Source: Gaiellaceae bacterium
GTDB taxonomy: Bacteria > Actinomycetota > Thermoleophilia > Gaiellales > Gaiellaceae
Length of the DNA: 49,201 bases
Assembly (NCBI GenBank): GCA_050697935.1
Contig: JBOHAY010000054.1
Location: forward strand, 1 to 49,201
Reading direction: 5' to 3'
Notes under the pieces: generated by a model
Database searches by the model: none
What the model was told of the DNA's origin: nothing
Seen by the model: the letters and a program-made list of their open reading frames with translations, nothing else
Program-made: the position numbers and the translations under genes
In this document: positions 8,184-17,418 of the stretch, one piece after another
Layout: each line of letters begins with the position of its first letter
Numbering within the stretch: the first letter of the stretch is position 1

Positions 8184-9671
8184 TTAGGGATTCTCCGTCC
8201 CCTGCAGGATTGCCTGCATGACGGCTCGGGCGATCGGGGCTGCGGTCGTGCCGCCCGTCCCGGTCTGGTTCTGGAGAACCACGGCGATTGCGAGCTCAGG
8301 CGGGCTCTCCTCGTCCGATCCGGCAAACGCGATGAACCACGTGGTGTTCGCGCCGGGGACGCCTGTTTCTCCGGTGCCTGTCTTGCCGCCGATCGAGTAT
8401 CCGGAGATCTGTGCGGCGGTTCCCGTGCCCCGCTCGACGGCGAGGCGCATCATCGCCGCGACGGCATCGGCCGTCTTCTCGCTCACCGCTCGCCGGATGA
8501 GACGTGGTTGCCCTCGCTCGATCACCTTGCCTCCCGGAGCGACGATTCGGTCGACGACCTGGGGCTCCATCAGCTTCCCGCCGAAACCGATCGCGCCTGC
8601 CACCATCGCCATCTGCAGCGGCGTTACGAGCATGCGCTCCTGACCGAACGCCATGCGGCCGGCGTCGACGTCGGAGTCGATCCTCGGGTAGTAGAGCTGT
8701 CCATCGCGGTAGAGCCCGCTGGGCAGGCGCTCGTCGAGAGGAGTTTCGAGCGGCGGACGTTCGTAGAAGCCGAAGCGCTTCGCCGTGTCGAGGATCTGCT
8801 TCGCGCCCAGTTTCAGGCCGATCTTGCAGAACACCGAGTTGACGGAGTTTGCGAGCGCGTTCGTGAGGTCGATCGACCCGTATGGCCGCGTGGTGTCGAA
8901 GTTGTTCACCCGCTTGCCGTACACCGTGCAGTACCCCGGATCGACGAAAGGCGCATCAGGGCCGTACCTTCCCGACTCGAGTGCCGCCGAAGCGGTGATG
9001 ACCTTGAAGGTCGAGCCGGGGACGAAGAGCCCGGCGCTGCCGCGGTTGAGTAGCGGCGCTGCCGGTGTGCAGTCGGCCGTGATGCTCGAGATCTCGCCGA
9101 AGTTCTCCTCGGCGAGGTTCGGGTCGAAGCCCGGCGTGGACGCCATCACCTTGACCTCGCCGCTGCGGGGATCGAGCGCGACGACGGCGCCGCAGGTTGT
9201 CCCGAGCTCCTCGAGCGCAACCGCCTGCGCGTCGAGATCGAGAGTCGTCACGACGTTCGAGCCCTGGACAGGCTTCCCGCGGAACTCGTCGAGCGCCTTG
9301 TCGACCAGCGTCGAGAGGTTGGCATTCGAGGCGGTGAGGTAGTCGTTCAGCGAACGCTCGAGGCCCGTACGCGAGCGACCCACGGTCGAGTAACCGACGA
9401 CGTGTGCCGCGAGCGGGCCGTACGGGTACCGACGGAAGAAGAGCGTCTTCCCGTCGACGTCCCGCTGCACGTTCCGCGCGAGGCGCTTGCGTGGCGCGAA
9501 GGCGAAGATCAAGCCGCGGTCGATCGAGAACTCGGCGACGCGCTTGATGGCGTTGTCCTGCCGGTCGGCGAGGCTCGCCGCCGCCCACGTCTGCCAGTAC
9601 GTCGTCATGACGACGAGAACTCCGACGAGGACGAGCGCGACGTACGTGAGGCGAATGATCTGCTTGTTCAT
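8184..9671 (-). CDS. pbpA: Penicillin-binding protein A (class B transpeptidase)
   Basis: 495 aa. N-terminal anchor, GSTFKVITASAAL (SxxK), SVNSVF (SxN), GKTGTGE (KTG). Confidence 0.9.
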   Translation of the reverse strand: MNKQIIRLTYVALVLVGVLVVMTTYWQTWAAASLADRQDNAIKRVAEFSIDRGLIFAFAPRKRLARNVQRDVDGKTLFFRRYPYGPLAAHVVGYSTVGRSRTGLERSLNDYLTASNANLSTLVDKALDEFRGKPVQGSNVVTTLDLDAQAVALEELGTTCGAVVALDPRSGEVKVMASTPGFDPNLAEENFGEISSITADCTPAAPLLNRGSAGLFVPGSTFKVITASAALESGRYGPDAPFVDPGYCTVYGKRVNNFDTTRPYGSIDLTNALANSVNSVFCKIGLKLGAKQILDTAKRFGFYERPPLETPLDERLPSGLYRDGQLYYPRIDSDVDAGRMAFGQERMLVTPLQMAMVAGAIGFGGKLMEPQVVDRIVAPGGKVIERGQPRLIRRAVSEKTADAVAAMMRLAVERGTGTAAQISGYSIGGKTGTGETGVPGANTTWFIAFAGSDEESPPELAIAVVLQNQTGTGGTTAAPIARAVMQAILQGTENP

Positions 9672-10972
9672 GCTCGTGGTGTGTTGGTGCGATTCGAGAT
9701 GAGCAGGAGCCCCGCGAGCAGCAGGAAGTTGGCGACGATGCTCGTTCCTCCGTAGGACACGAAGGGCAGGGTGATCCCCGTCAAGGGCACGACACGGAGA
9801 ACGCCGCCGACGATGATGAACGTCTGGAGGGCGAAGCCGAACGTGAGGCCTGCGGCCGCGAGCTTCGAGAAGCCGTCCTGTGCCTGGAGCGAGACCCGCA
9901 TCCCGCGAACGACGAAGAGCATGTAAACGAGGAGGAGCGCCGCGGCACCGATGAGCCCAAGCTCCTGCGCGATCGCCGAGTAGATGAAGTCGGTGCGCAG
10001 GTACGGGATCAGCTGCGTGCCGTCAGTGGATGCGAAGGTGCCCTGGCCGAGCCCCGTTCCTCCGAAGCCCCCGTTCGCTATCGAGTACAGGCTCTTGACG
10101 AGCTGGTACGAGGCGCAGTCCTGGCGGAACTCGAGCTCCCCGTTCAGCGCGCAGTAGACGCGTTCGTCGGTCCACGGTTGGAGCCAGATCGTGACCCGAT
10201 CCTGAACGTGCTGGAGCGCGTTGTAGAGGACGGCTGCACCCGCCACGAAGAGTGCGAGCCCGGCTGCGACGTAGAGCGCGCGGCCGGTAGCGACATACAA
10301 CATCGCGAGGAAGATCCCGAAGTTGAGAAGCGCGCTTCCGAGGTCGTTCGTCTGGAAGATGACGAGCATCGCCGCGCCCCAGATGACGAACAGCGGCCCG
10401 AAGTCCTTGAGCCTGCCCTGCGCGAGCACCTCGCGCTTCTCGCGCAGATAGCCGGCAAGGAAGACGATCAGGAAGATCTTCGCGAGCTCGCCCGGCTGGA
10501 ACTGGAGCGGCCCGATGTCCACCCAGAGGCGTACTCCGTTGACCCGCTCGCCAAGCCCCGGAACGGACGGAAGGAGCAGGAGAGCCACTGCGGCGACGCC
10601 GAAGACGTAGCGATACGACTCGAGGATCCGATAGTCGTGCCGAAGCCAGATGAGCATTGCTGCCAGGACTGCGACGCCGACCGCGACCCAGACCGCCTGC
10701 CGTCCTCCGTCATCAGCGTCGAGCCGGTAGATCGAGGTCAGGCCGAACGCCGTCAGCACCGCGGTCAGCGGGAGGAGGGCGCCGTCCGCGTACGGGACGG
10801 TGCGTCGCACGACGACATGCGCGACGACGTACAGGCCCAGGAAGAGAGCGCCCCAGATCACCGCGCTCGCCGCCACTTCGGCGTCCCGCGCAATGGTGAC
10901 GCTCGCGAGCGCGACGCTCGCGATCAGCGCCGCGATCACGAGCCCGAAGAGCTCGCGACTCCGCGCGGTCAC
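9668..10972 (-). CDS. rodA: FtsW/RodA/SpoVE family peptidoglycan glycosyltransferase
   Basis: 434 aa and polytopic. QPGELAKIFLIVFLAGYL, NDLGSALL, TDFIYSAIAQELGLIG and PLTGITLPFVSYGGTS are SEDS motifs. 4-nt overlaps with both neighbours. Confidence 0.9.
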   Translation of the reverse strand: MTARSRELFGLVIAALIASVALASVTIARDAEVAASAVIWGALFLGLYVVAHVVVRRTVPYADGALLPLTAVLTAFGLTSIYRLDADDGGRQAVWVAVGVAVLAAMLIWLRHDYRILESYRYVFGVAAVALLLLPSVPGLGERVNGVRLWVDIGPLQFQPGELAKIFLIVFLAGYLREKREVLAQGRLKDFGPLFVIWGAAMLVIFQTNDLGSALLNFGIFLAMLYVATGRALYVAAGLALFVAGAAVLYNALQHVQDRVTIWLQPWTDERVYCALNGELEFRQDCASYQLVKSLYSIANGGFGGTGLGQGTFASTDGTQLIPYLRTDFIYSAIAQELGLIGAAALLLVYMLFVVRGMRVSLQAQDGFSKLAAAGLTFGFALQTFIIVGGVLRVVPLTGITLPFVSYGGTSIVANFLLLAGLLLISNRTNTPRA

Positions 10973-11934
10973 TTGCTGATCCCCCAGTAGAGGGCGAGCG
11001 CCCCGACCGCGAGCACTGCCACGACGAACGCGATAGCGGTAAGTCGGCCGCCCGGCCCGGCGCCGTGCTTGCGGAGATCGACGTCGGATGCCTCGCTGGC
11101 TCCGTGCGTCGGAATCGGGTGGACCGATTCCGTGCTGGTGTGCGCGAGAGTCGAGGGATCAGACCCGGGATCAGACTCCGGTGCATCGGAAGGCGTCGAC
11201 TCCGCGGCCGGGACTTCACCCTCGGCGAGCTCGAAGAGGACGACGGTGATGTTGTCCTCGCCTCCCTGCCGGTTCGCTGCCACGACGAGAGCTTCCGCTG
11301 CCACTGCCGGCTCTCCCTCGGCCGCTGCCAGCGTGGTCGCGATGTCGCCGTCGGCGAGCATCGTGGGGAGGCCGTCCGAGCAGAGGAGGTAGAGGTCGCC
11401 AGGCTCGCAGGCGATCGTCTTCACCTCGACCTCGACCGTCGACTCCGTGCCGAGCGCCCTCGTGATCGCGGACCTCTGTGGATGCCGCTCCGCTTCCTCG
11501 GGCGTGAGGACCCCGCTCGAGACGAGCTCGGCGACAAGTGAATGGTCGGTCGTGAGCTGCTCGAGCGATCCGGCTCGCAGGCGGTACGCGCGTGAGTCCC
11601 CGACGTGCCCGATTGTGACGGTGCCCGAGTCGGTGTCGACGAGCGCCGCAGTCACCGTCGTCCCCATCCCAGCGGTTGCCGGATCTGCGAGCGCACGCTC
11701 CCAGACACGACGGTTAGCCTCGGCGATCATCGCCGTGACGCCCTGTTCGCCCTTTGTGTCGACCCCGGCTTCTTCGAGCGCTGCGGCCGTCAGACGCGCC
11801 GCTACCTCGCCTGCACGCGCGCCTCCCATGCCATCTGCAACGGCGAAAAGTGGCGGGTCGCAGATAAACGCGTCCTCGTTGCGTAGGCGCCGCCGCCCCG
11901 TATCGGTGACACCCGCCGCCCGCCCGATCCTCAT
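10969..11934 (-). CDS. pstP: PP2C-type Ser/Thr phosphatase with a C-terminal TM anchor
   Basis: 321 aa. RRLRNEDAF, VADGMGGARAGEVAA, GHVGDSRAY, LLCSDGL, GGEDNITVV. C-terminal helix LTAIAFVVAVLAVGALALYWGI. Confidence 0.9.
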   Translation of the reverse strand: MRIGRAAGVTDTGRRRLRNEDAFICDPPLFAVADGMGGARAGEVAARLTAAALEEAGVDTKGEQGVTAMIAEANRRVWERALADPATAGMGTTVTAALVDTDSGTVTIGHVGDSRAYRLRAGSLEQLTTDHSLVAELVSSGVLTPEEAERHPQRSAITRALGTESTVEVEVKTIACEPGDLYLLCSDGLPTMLADGDIATTLAAAEGEPAVAAEALVVAANRQGGEDNITVVLFELAEGEVPAAESTPSDAPESDPGSDPSTLAHTSTESVHPIPTHGASEASDVDLRKHGAGPGGRLTAIAFVVAVLAVGALALYWGISK

Positions 11935-12406
11935 TGCAGCCGAAGCTCCGTCTCACCGATGCGGACGACGTCGCCAGACCGCAGAGCTCGCGCTTTCTTC
12001 ACGCGCGAGCCGTTGACGAAGGTTCCATTCGTTGAGCCGAGATCGTCGATCCAGGTCCCGTCGATACGGGGCTCGATCCGAGCATGTTGCGCCGACACGA
12101 ACTCGTCACGGTCGAGTCGGATCTCGCTTCCCGCGTCGCGTCCGACGATTGTCGCCGCGGTTACCTCGATTGTGCCCCCCTGCTCGAGCTCCGGGCTCGT
12201 GACGACCACGAAGCGGCCGGGACGCACGCCAAGCTCCGCGCGCAGCACCGCGGCCTCCGCGGCGCCGAGCACGATGCTTTCCTGAGGCGCTCCACCGATG
12301 TCCTTCGTCGCGGTGCGCACGACGAGCACGATGAAACCGTAGAGGAGGACGAGGAACACGATCTTCAGGATCAGGAGCGTCTCGTCGGTTGCGAGCGCCT
12401 CGACCG

Positions 12407-12410
<4 letters not shown>
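11931..12410 (-). CDS. fhaB: FHA domain protein with an N-terminal TM helix (FhaB/FipA-like)
   Basis: 159 aa. LLILKIVFLVLLYGFIVLVV followed by an FHA core: GRDAGSEIRLD..FVSAQHARIE...W.IDDLGSTNGTFVNG. Confidence 0.85.
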
Positions 12411-13201
<791 letters not shown>

Positions 13202-13263
13202 TCCGACGGTATCCCGCGACGAGTGTAGTGGTCGCTCCGGTGCCTAACGTGCCGTGGAAGCAG

Positions 13264-14904
13264 TCAGCTCGGACGCCGTAACACCGCTGCAACGGCGGCT
13301 GCGCCGGACCATGTAAGGAGAAGGAACACCGTGCTCGCAACGCCAGCACCGGCCGCGATTGCGGCGATGGTGACCACCGCCCCGATCGCGGCCATTCCAT
13401 ACCTGGAGCGCTGTCGCGCCCACGGGAGGCCGCCGGCCACAACAGCCGCCAGAGCGGCTGTGCCGAGAGCGACGGGATACGCGGCAAGCGTTTCCCACAC
13501 GGCGAGGGCGGCATCGGTCACAGGATCGACAGGTCCGATGCCGAGCGCCTCGGCGGAGCGGTTCTCGAGCGGCAGCTTCTCTCCCGCGACGCCGGCGACC
13601 AGAAGCGCCGAAAGCACTGCGAGACCTGCTTGAGCGGCTCGCCTCACGACGCCTCGCACGGGCTGTACCGCGAGAGGTGCGAGCGCGAGGAGACCGACGC
13701 TTGCCAGCAGGGGGCCGCACACGAAGAGCAGCCCCCAGCGAGCGTCACGCCAGCAGAGCGCGAGCCAGGCGAGTGCGAACGCTCCGTAGAGGAGCGCAAC
13801 GCTCTCGGCGTAGTTTCCCAGCGGGAAGATCGGAGCCGCGAGTGCGATAGCCAGCCCGAGCCGCGGATCGAGCCGGGTCGCAAGGCCGGCGCCGATCGCT
13901 ATCGCCACGACGAGCGCCGGCGGCCAGAACGGCAAGAGCGTGGCGCCGACGAGCGCGGCCACGACCGCGAGGCCGATCGGAGCGGCGCGTCGGGCCAGGT
14001 TGCCGGCCGGAGCGGCGGCGGAGGGCGCCTTCCCGTCCCTGGGCGCGCGGGGCTCACGAGCTGGCGACGCCTGCAGCGAGCTCCTGAGCTGAGCTGCTAG
14101 CTCCGATGCGCGTGGGCGCGCCTCCGGATCCGCTGCGAGTGCCCCGTCGACGGCCGAGATGAGCCTACGTGGCAGATGCTTTCGCTCCGATGCCAGCGGG
14201 GGTGCACCTGTCTGGATGGCACGCGCGACCTCCTGGAGCGGAAGGCCCCAGAAGGGATGTCGCTCGGCGAGCGCTTCCCAGAGCAGGACGCCGACGGACC
14301 ATACGTCGCTCTCGGGTGTCGCGTCGCCGCCTGCGAGTCGTTCGGGCGCGATGTATGCAAGCGTTCCCGGGACATCTCCGACGGCGGTGAGCGTGTCCGC
14401 GCCGTCGAACTGCGCGAGACCGAAGTCGAGGAGCCGCACGGCGATCTCGTCGCGATCCTCGAGGAGGACGTTCGACGGCTTCACGTCGCGATGCACGATT
14501 CCGGCCCGATGTGCGTGCGCGAGCGCGTCGAGCACTTGCGCCGCGATCTCGACGGCGCCGGCGTCCGTCAGTACGCCCGCTCGCAGCGCCTCGCGCACCG
14601 TGCGCCCGGGTACGTACTCGTACGCGATGTAGACATGACTCGCGTCGTGGCCAACGTTGTACGCCCGGACGCAGCGGTCGTGCCGCAAACGGCGCGCCGC
14701 GAGCGCCTCGCGCTCGGCGCGGGCAGCCGCCTTCCCTTCTCTCGGAATGATCTTGAGGGCGACGTCCAGGCCGTTTCGCTCGTCGAGAGCGAGCCAGACA
14801 GAGCCCGAGCCGCCGCTGCCGAGTGGTCGCATCGGCCGATAGCGGCCGAGGACGAGCTCCTGGGTGGATGGGGCGTACGCGACGGACGACACCGGTACCA
14901 GCAC
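13264..14904 (-). CDS. Ser/Thr protein kinase fused to a polytopic (about 8-9 TM) C-terminal membrane domain
   Basis: The kinase core is within track ORF 13264..15309: LGSGGSGSVWLA, VALKII, HRDVKPSNVLL, DFGLA, GTLAYIAPE. About 260 C-terminal residues form consecutive hydrophobic helices. The start is placed at the GTG at 14904 (alternative GTG at 14892). The upstream part of the track ORF is Arg/Ser-rich and overlaps the divergent gene. Confidence 0.8.
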   Translation of the reverse strand: MLVPVSSVAYAPSTQELVLGRYRPMRPLGSGGSGSVWLALDERNGLDVALKIIPREGKAAARAEREALAARRLRHDRCVRAYNVGHDASHVYIAYEYVPGRTVREALRAGVLTDAGAVEIAAQVLDALAHAHRAGIVHRDVKPSNVLLEDRDEIAVRLLDFGLAQFDGADTLTAVGDVPGTLAYIAPERLAGGDATPESDVWSVGVLLWEALAERHPFWGLPLQEVARAIQTGAPPLASERKHLPRRLISAVDGALAADPEARPRASELAAQLRSSLQASPAREPRAPRDGKAPSAAAPAGNLARRAAPIGLAVVAALVGATLLPFWPPALVVAIAIGAGLATRLDPRLGLAIALAAPIFPLGNYAESVALLYGAFALAWLALCWRDARWGLLFVCGPLLASVGLLALAPLAVQPVRGVVRRAAQAGLAVLSALLVAGVAGEKLPLENRSAEALGIGPVDPVTDAALAVWETLAAYPVALGTAALAAVVAGGLPWARQRSRYGMAAIGAVVTIAAIAAGAGVASTVFLLLTWSGAAAVAAVLRRPS

Positions 14905-15049
14905 TCTTTGCCGCTGTGCGCGGAACTCCTTGCGCCTGCGGCCGAGGCGCTCCTGTGCGTCGACGCGTGAGTGCGGCGCCGGGCTTGATCGTGACCGCCC
15001 CCACCGCGCGTTAGTTTCCGATCGAGCATCTAGAGTGGCGAGGCGGCCT

Positions 15050-16198
15050 ATGAGTTCGCGCGATGACGACATCCTCGATTTCGACTTCTTCGACGAGGAA
15101 GACCCACCGTCGTGGGAGGAGCCCGCAGAGCGTGGGCCTGGACCGCCGCGCGATCGAGGCCCCCGCCGGGGCGGTCCACGCTTCCGTGCGCCGGGGAACC
15201 TCACGCCGCTGCTGCGACTCATTGGCCTCGTCGCGCTCGCGATTCTCATCGTCGTCCTGCTGGTGGTCTGGGTCGAGGGCTGCACGGCCGATGCGAAGCG
15301 TGAGCGCAACTCGAACTACCTCACCGAAATCGGAGCGATCGGGAACGCCTCTGCGCGGCTCGGTCAAGAGCTCAACACGCTCCTCACGACGCCGGGCCTG
15401 AACCAGGAAGACCTCGATGCGAAGTTGGGCGGATTCGTCCAGACGGCTGAGAACCAGGTTCAGAAGGCCGAGGATCTCGATCCACCGGGCCCGATGGTCG
15501 GTCCGAACGAGGGTGCGGTCGAGTCGCTCCAGTACCGGGTCAACGGCCTCAAGGGGCTCCAGACGACCTTCAAGCAGACGACCGACGAGACCGATGCGAG
15601 CGTCGCGGGCGAGGAGCTCGCCGTCCAGACCCGACGGCTGCTGGCGAGCGACGTGATCTGGACGGACTCGTTCCAGGCGCCTGCCGAGGTCGTGCTCGAA
15701 GACGAGGGAATCGAGGGGCTCGATGTCCCGTCGTCGGAGTTCGTCACTGCAGACGACCTCACAAACCCGAGCTCACTCGCCGCGATCTGGCAACGGATCC
15801 AGGGCGCGTCGACGGGCGGGACGCCGACGGGGCTCCACGGAAGCGGGATCGCGTTCGTGAAGGCGCTTCCGAGCGGCCAGCTGCTCTCGACGACCACTGA
15901 GACGACGATCAAGGTGACTGACGAGCTTGCCTTCGAGGTCGGAGTCGAGGACACGGGCGAGAGCCAGGAGGTGCGAATCAAGATCACGCTCACGATTCCG
16001 AAGCAGCCCGACCCAATCGTGAAGACGGCGATCATCTCGATCATCGATCCGGGCGAGACGAAGTCGGTCGTTCTCAAGGTGGGCGCCCTCGTCCCGTTCG
16101 GGGAGCAGATCTCCGTGAAGGTCGACGTCGACCCGGTTGCGGGTGAGACGAACACGGCCAACAACACGGCCGAGTACCCGGTCATCTTCACGTTGTGA
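15050..16198 (+). CDS. Single-pass membrane protein with an acidic N-terminus and a CARDB-like C-terminal domain
   Basis: The ATG at 15050 is in frame in track ORF 14864..16198. MSSRDDDILDFDFFDEEDPPSWEEP, TM helix LLRLIGLVALAILIVVLLVVWV. The C-terminus, IKITLTIPKQPDPIVKTAIISIIDPGETKSVVLKVG...VKVDVDPVAGETNTANNTAEYPVIF, looks like CARDB (N-x-N-N near the end). Confidence 0.6.
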   Translation: MSSRDDDILDFDFFDEEDPPSWEEPAERGPGPPRDRGPRRGGPRFRAPGNLTPLLRLIGLVALAILIVVLLVVWVEGCTADAKRERNSNYLTEIGAIGNASARLGQELNTLLTTPGLNQEDLDAKLGGFVQTAENQVQKAEDLDPPGPMVGPNEGAVESLQYRVNGLKGLQTTFKQTTDETDASVAGEELAVQTRRLLASDVIWTDSFQAPAEVVLEDEGIEGLDVPSSEFVTADDLTNPSSLAAIWQRIQGASTGGTPTGLHGSGIAFVKALPSGQLLSTTTETTIKVTDELAFEVGVEDTGESQEVRIKITLTIPKQPDPIVKTAIISIIDPGETKSVVLKVGALVPFGEQISVKVDVDPVAGETNTANNTAEYPVIFTL

Positions 16199-16665
16199 GC
16201 GCAGCACTCGTGGTGGCGATTGCGGCCTGCGCGGCGGCGGTGCTGGCCCTCGCCTTCGCGGTCGTTCTCTGGCGTCGGCTCTCGGCAATCCGGAACACAC
16301 AGTTGGTGGTGCTCGGGAGCGACCGCCGAGACCTGCTCGACTTCGCCGTCTCGCTTCAAGGACGCATCGACGACCTCTACCGCGCCGTCGACGAGGTGGC
16401 GGCGGGGCTCTCGAGGGTCGACCGCCGCGTCGACGGCTCGGTGACGAATACCGCGGTCGTCCGCTACGACGCCTACGAGGGTACGGGTGGGCAGCAGTCC
16501 GCCTCGCTCGCACTCCTCGACGCCACCCGCACCGGCATCGTCGTCACAGCGATTCAGGGACGTGACTACGCGCGCATCTACGTCAAGGACCTCGATCGAG
16601 GCCGCTCGTCCGTCGCGCTCTCGCCCGAGGAGCAGGAGGCCGTCGAGCGGGCGATGTCCCGCTAG
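16195..16665 (+). CDS. DUF4446 family protein
   Basis: 156 aa. The GTG overlaps the upstream TGA (GTGA). N-terminal TM helix, then VVRYDAYEGTGGQQSASLALLD..GIVVTAI.GRD..R.Y.K, as in DUF4446. Confidence 0.7.
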   Translation: MSAALVVAIAACAAAVLALAFAVVLWRRLSAIRNTQLVVLGSDRRDLLDFAVSLQGRIDDLYRAVDEVAAGLSRVDRRVDGSVTNTAVVRYDAYEGTGGQQSASLALLDATRTGIVVTAIQGRDYARIYVKDLDRGRSSVALSPEEQEAVERAMSR

Positions 16666-16711
16666 AGCCCCCTTCCTCTGCGCGGCCACAACTCAGCTTG
16701 GCTAGCCTCCC

Positions 16712-16728
16712 GGCCGGCGGAGCCGGCC
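16712..16728. terminator. GC-rich hairpin between convergent genes (possible bidirectional terminator)
   Basis: ggccggc-gga-gccggcc has a perfect 7-bp stem and a 3-nt loop. There is no U-tract on either strand. Confidence 0.3.
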
Positions 16729-16802
16729 TCCGGCCTCACAACGCTGGATGATCAGCCACCCGCGAGGTCCAGTGAGCGGTGCCTCGTTCTGAGCGAGCGT
16801 CG

Positions 16803-17324
16803 CTACGCCGCTGCTGCGGCCGCTTCGAGCCCTGGCAGGTAGGTGCGCCAGACGTCCGGTACATGGTCCGCTGCGAGGCGGATGAAGAGCACCGGCGTGG
16901 GAGGTCGAGGCGTGGTCTTCAGGGTCATGCTCGTCTCCTCGAGGAGGCGGTCGCCCTTGTTGTGGTTGCACGGTGCGCACGAGGTCACGACGTTCTCCCA
17001 GACGGACGTGCCGCCTCGCGATCTCGGGACGACGTGGTCGAGCGTGAGCCGGTTTCCGGCTGAGCCGCAGTAGGCGCACTGCCAGCCGTCCCGTGCGAAG
17101 AGCACGCGGCGCGAGATACGGCGGGTGACGCCTCGTGGAACGCGGACGTACGTCCTGAGGCGGATCACGTGCGGCCGCTGGAAGTTCGTGCAGGCCGAGC
17201 GAAGCGGGCGGTCGTGGCTCTCCAGGATCTCCGCCTTGCCCTTCCAGACGAGCACGTGCGCACGGCGAAGCGAGCAGACGTTCAAGGGCTCGTAGCTCGC
17301 ATTGAGGACGAGGACGCGCTCCAC
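16803..17324 (-). CDS. HNH endonuclease family protein (COG1403-type)
   Basis: VLVLNASYEPLNV...RRVLFARDGWQCAYCGS...LTLDHVVPRSRGGTSVWENVVTSCAPCNHNKG. The start is placed at the GTG at 17324. The track ORF extends to 17435, which would cross the argC promoter and start codon. Confidence 0.75.
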   Translation of the reverse strand: MERVLVLNASYEPLNVCSLRRAHVLVWKGKAEILESHDRPLRSACTNFQRPHVIRLRTYVRVPRGVTRRISRRVLFARDGWQCAYCGSAGNRLTLDHVVPRSRGGTSVWENVVTSCAPCNHNKGDRLLEETSMTLKTTPRPPTPVLFIRLAADHVPDVWRTYLPGLEAAAAAA

Positions 17325-17380
17325 CGCGCGCGCAGCGTAGCAGCGGATTTCGCCTTTCCTGAGCCGACAGGAGTCAAAGT

Positions 17381-17415
17381 CTGCGCATGATACGCGGATA
17401 ATCTGCATAATACGC
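17381..17415. promoter_or_regulatory. Tandem TGCAT-type repeats (candidate ArgR operators) abutting the argC start
   Basis: ctgcgcatgatacgc (17381-17395) and ctgcataatacgc (17403-17415) lie 22 bp apart. CATAAT at 17406-17411 is a possible -10 only 7 nt from the ATG at 17419, which would make the mRNA leaderless or nearly so. Confidence 0.4.
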
Positions 17416-17418
17416 CAC

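Noticed and set aside
6352-8187. 611-aa plus-strand ORF antisense to pknB
   Set aside because: It is fully antisense to a gene with clear kinase and PASTA motifs. The composition is extremely Arg/Asp/Leu-rich and no motif is recognisable. This is the expected artefact in roughly 70% GC DNA.
13264-14904. Calling the second kinase pknA
   Set aside because: Both its position (upstream of fhaA rather than between pbpA and pknB) and its polytopic C-terminal domain differ from PknA. Orthology cannot be established without a phylogeny, so no gene symbol is given.
14955-14970. 10-bp palindrome gcgtcgacgc in the kinase / CARDB divergent region, considered as an operator
   Set aside because: Short GC palindromes containing GTCGAC are frequent by chance at this GC content. 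No second copy or promoter context was evident.
14905-15309. Upstream 135-aa extension of the kinase ORF 13264..15309
   Set aside because: It is Arg/Ser/Gly-rich and lacks kinase subdomain I. It overlaps the divergent CARDB-like gene and its acidic N-terminus, which has a far more convincing coding frame.
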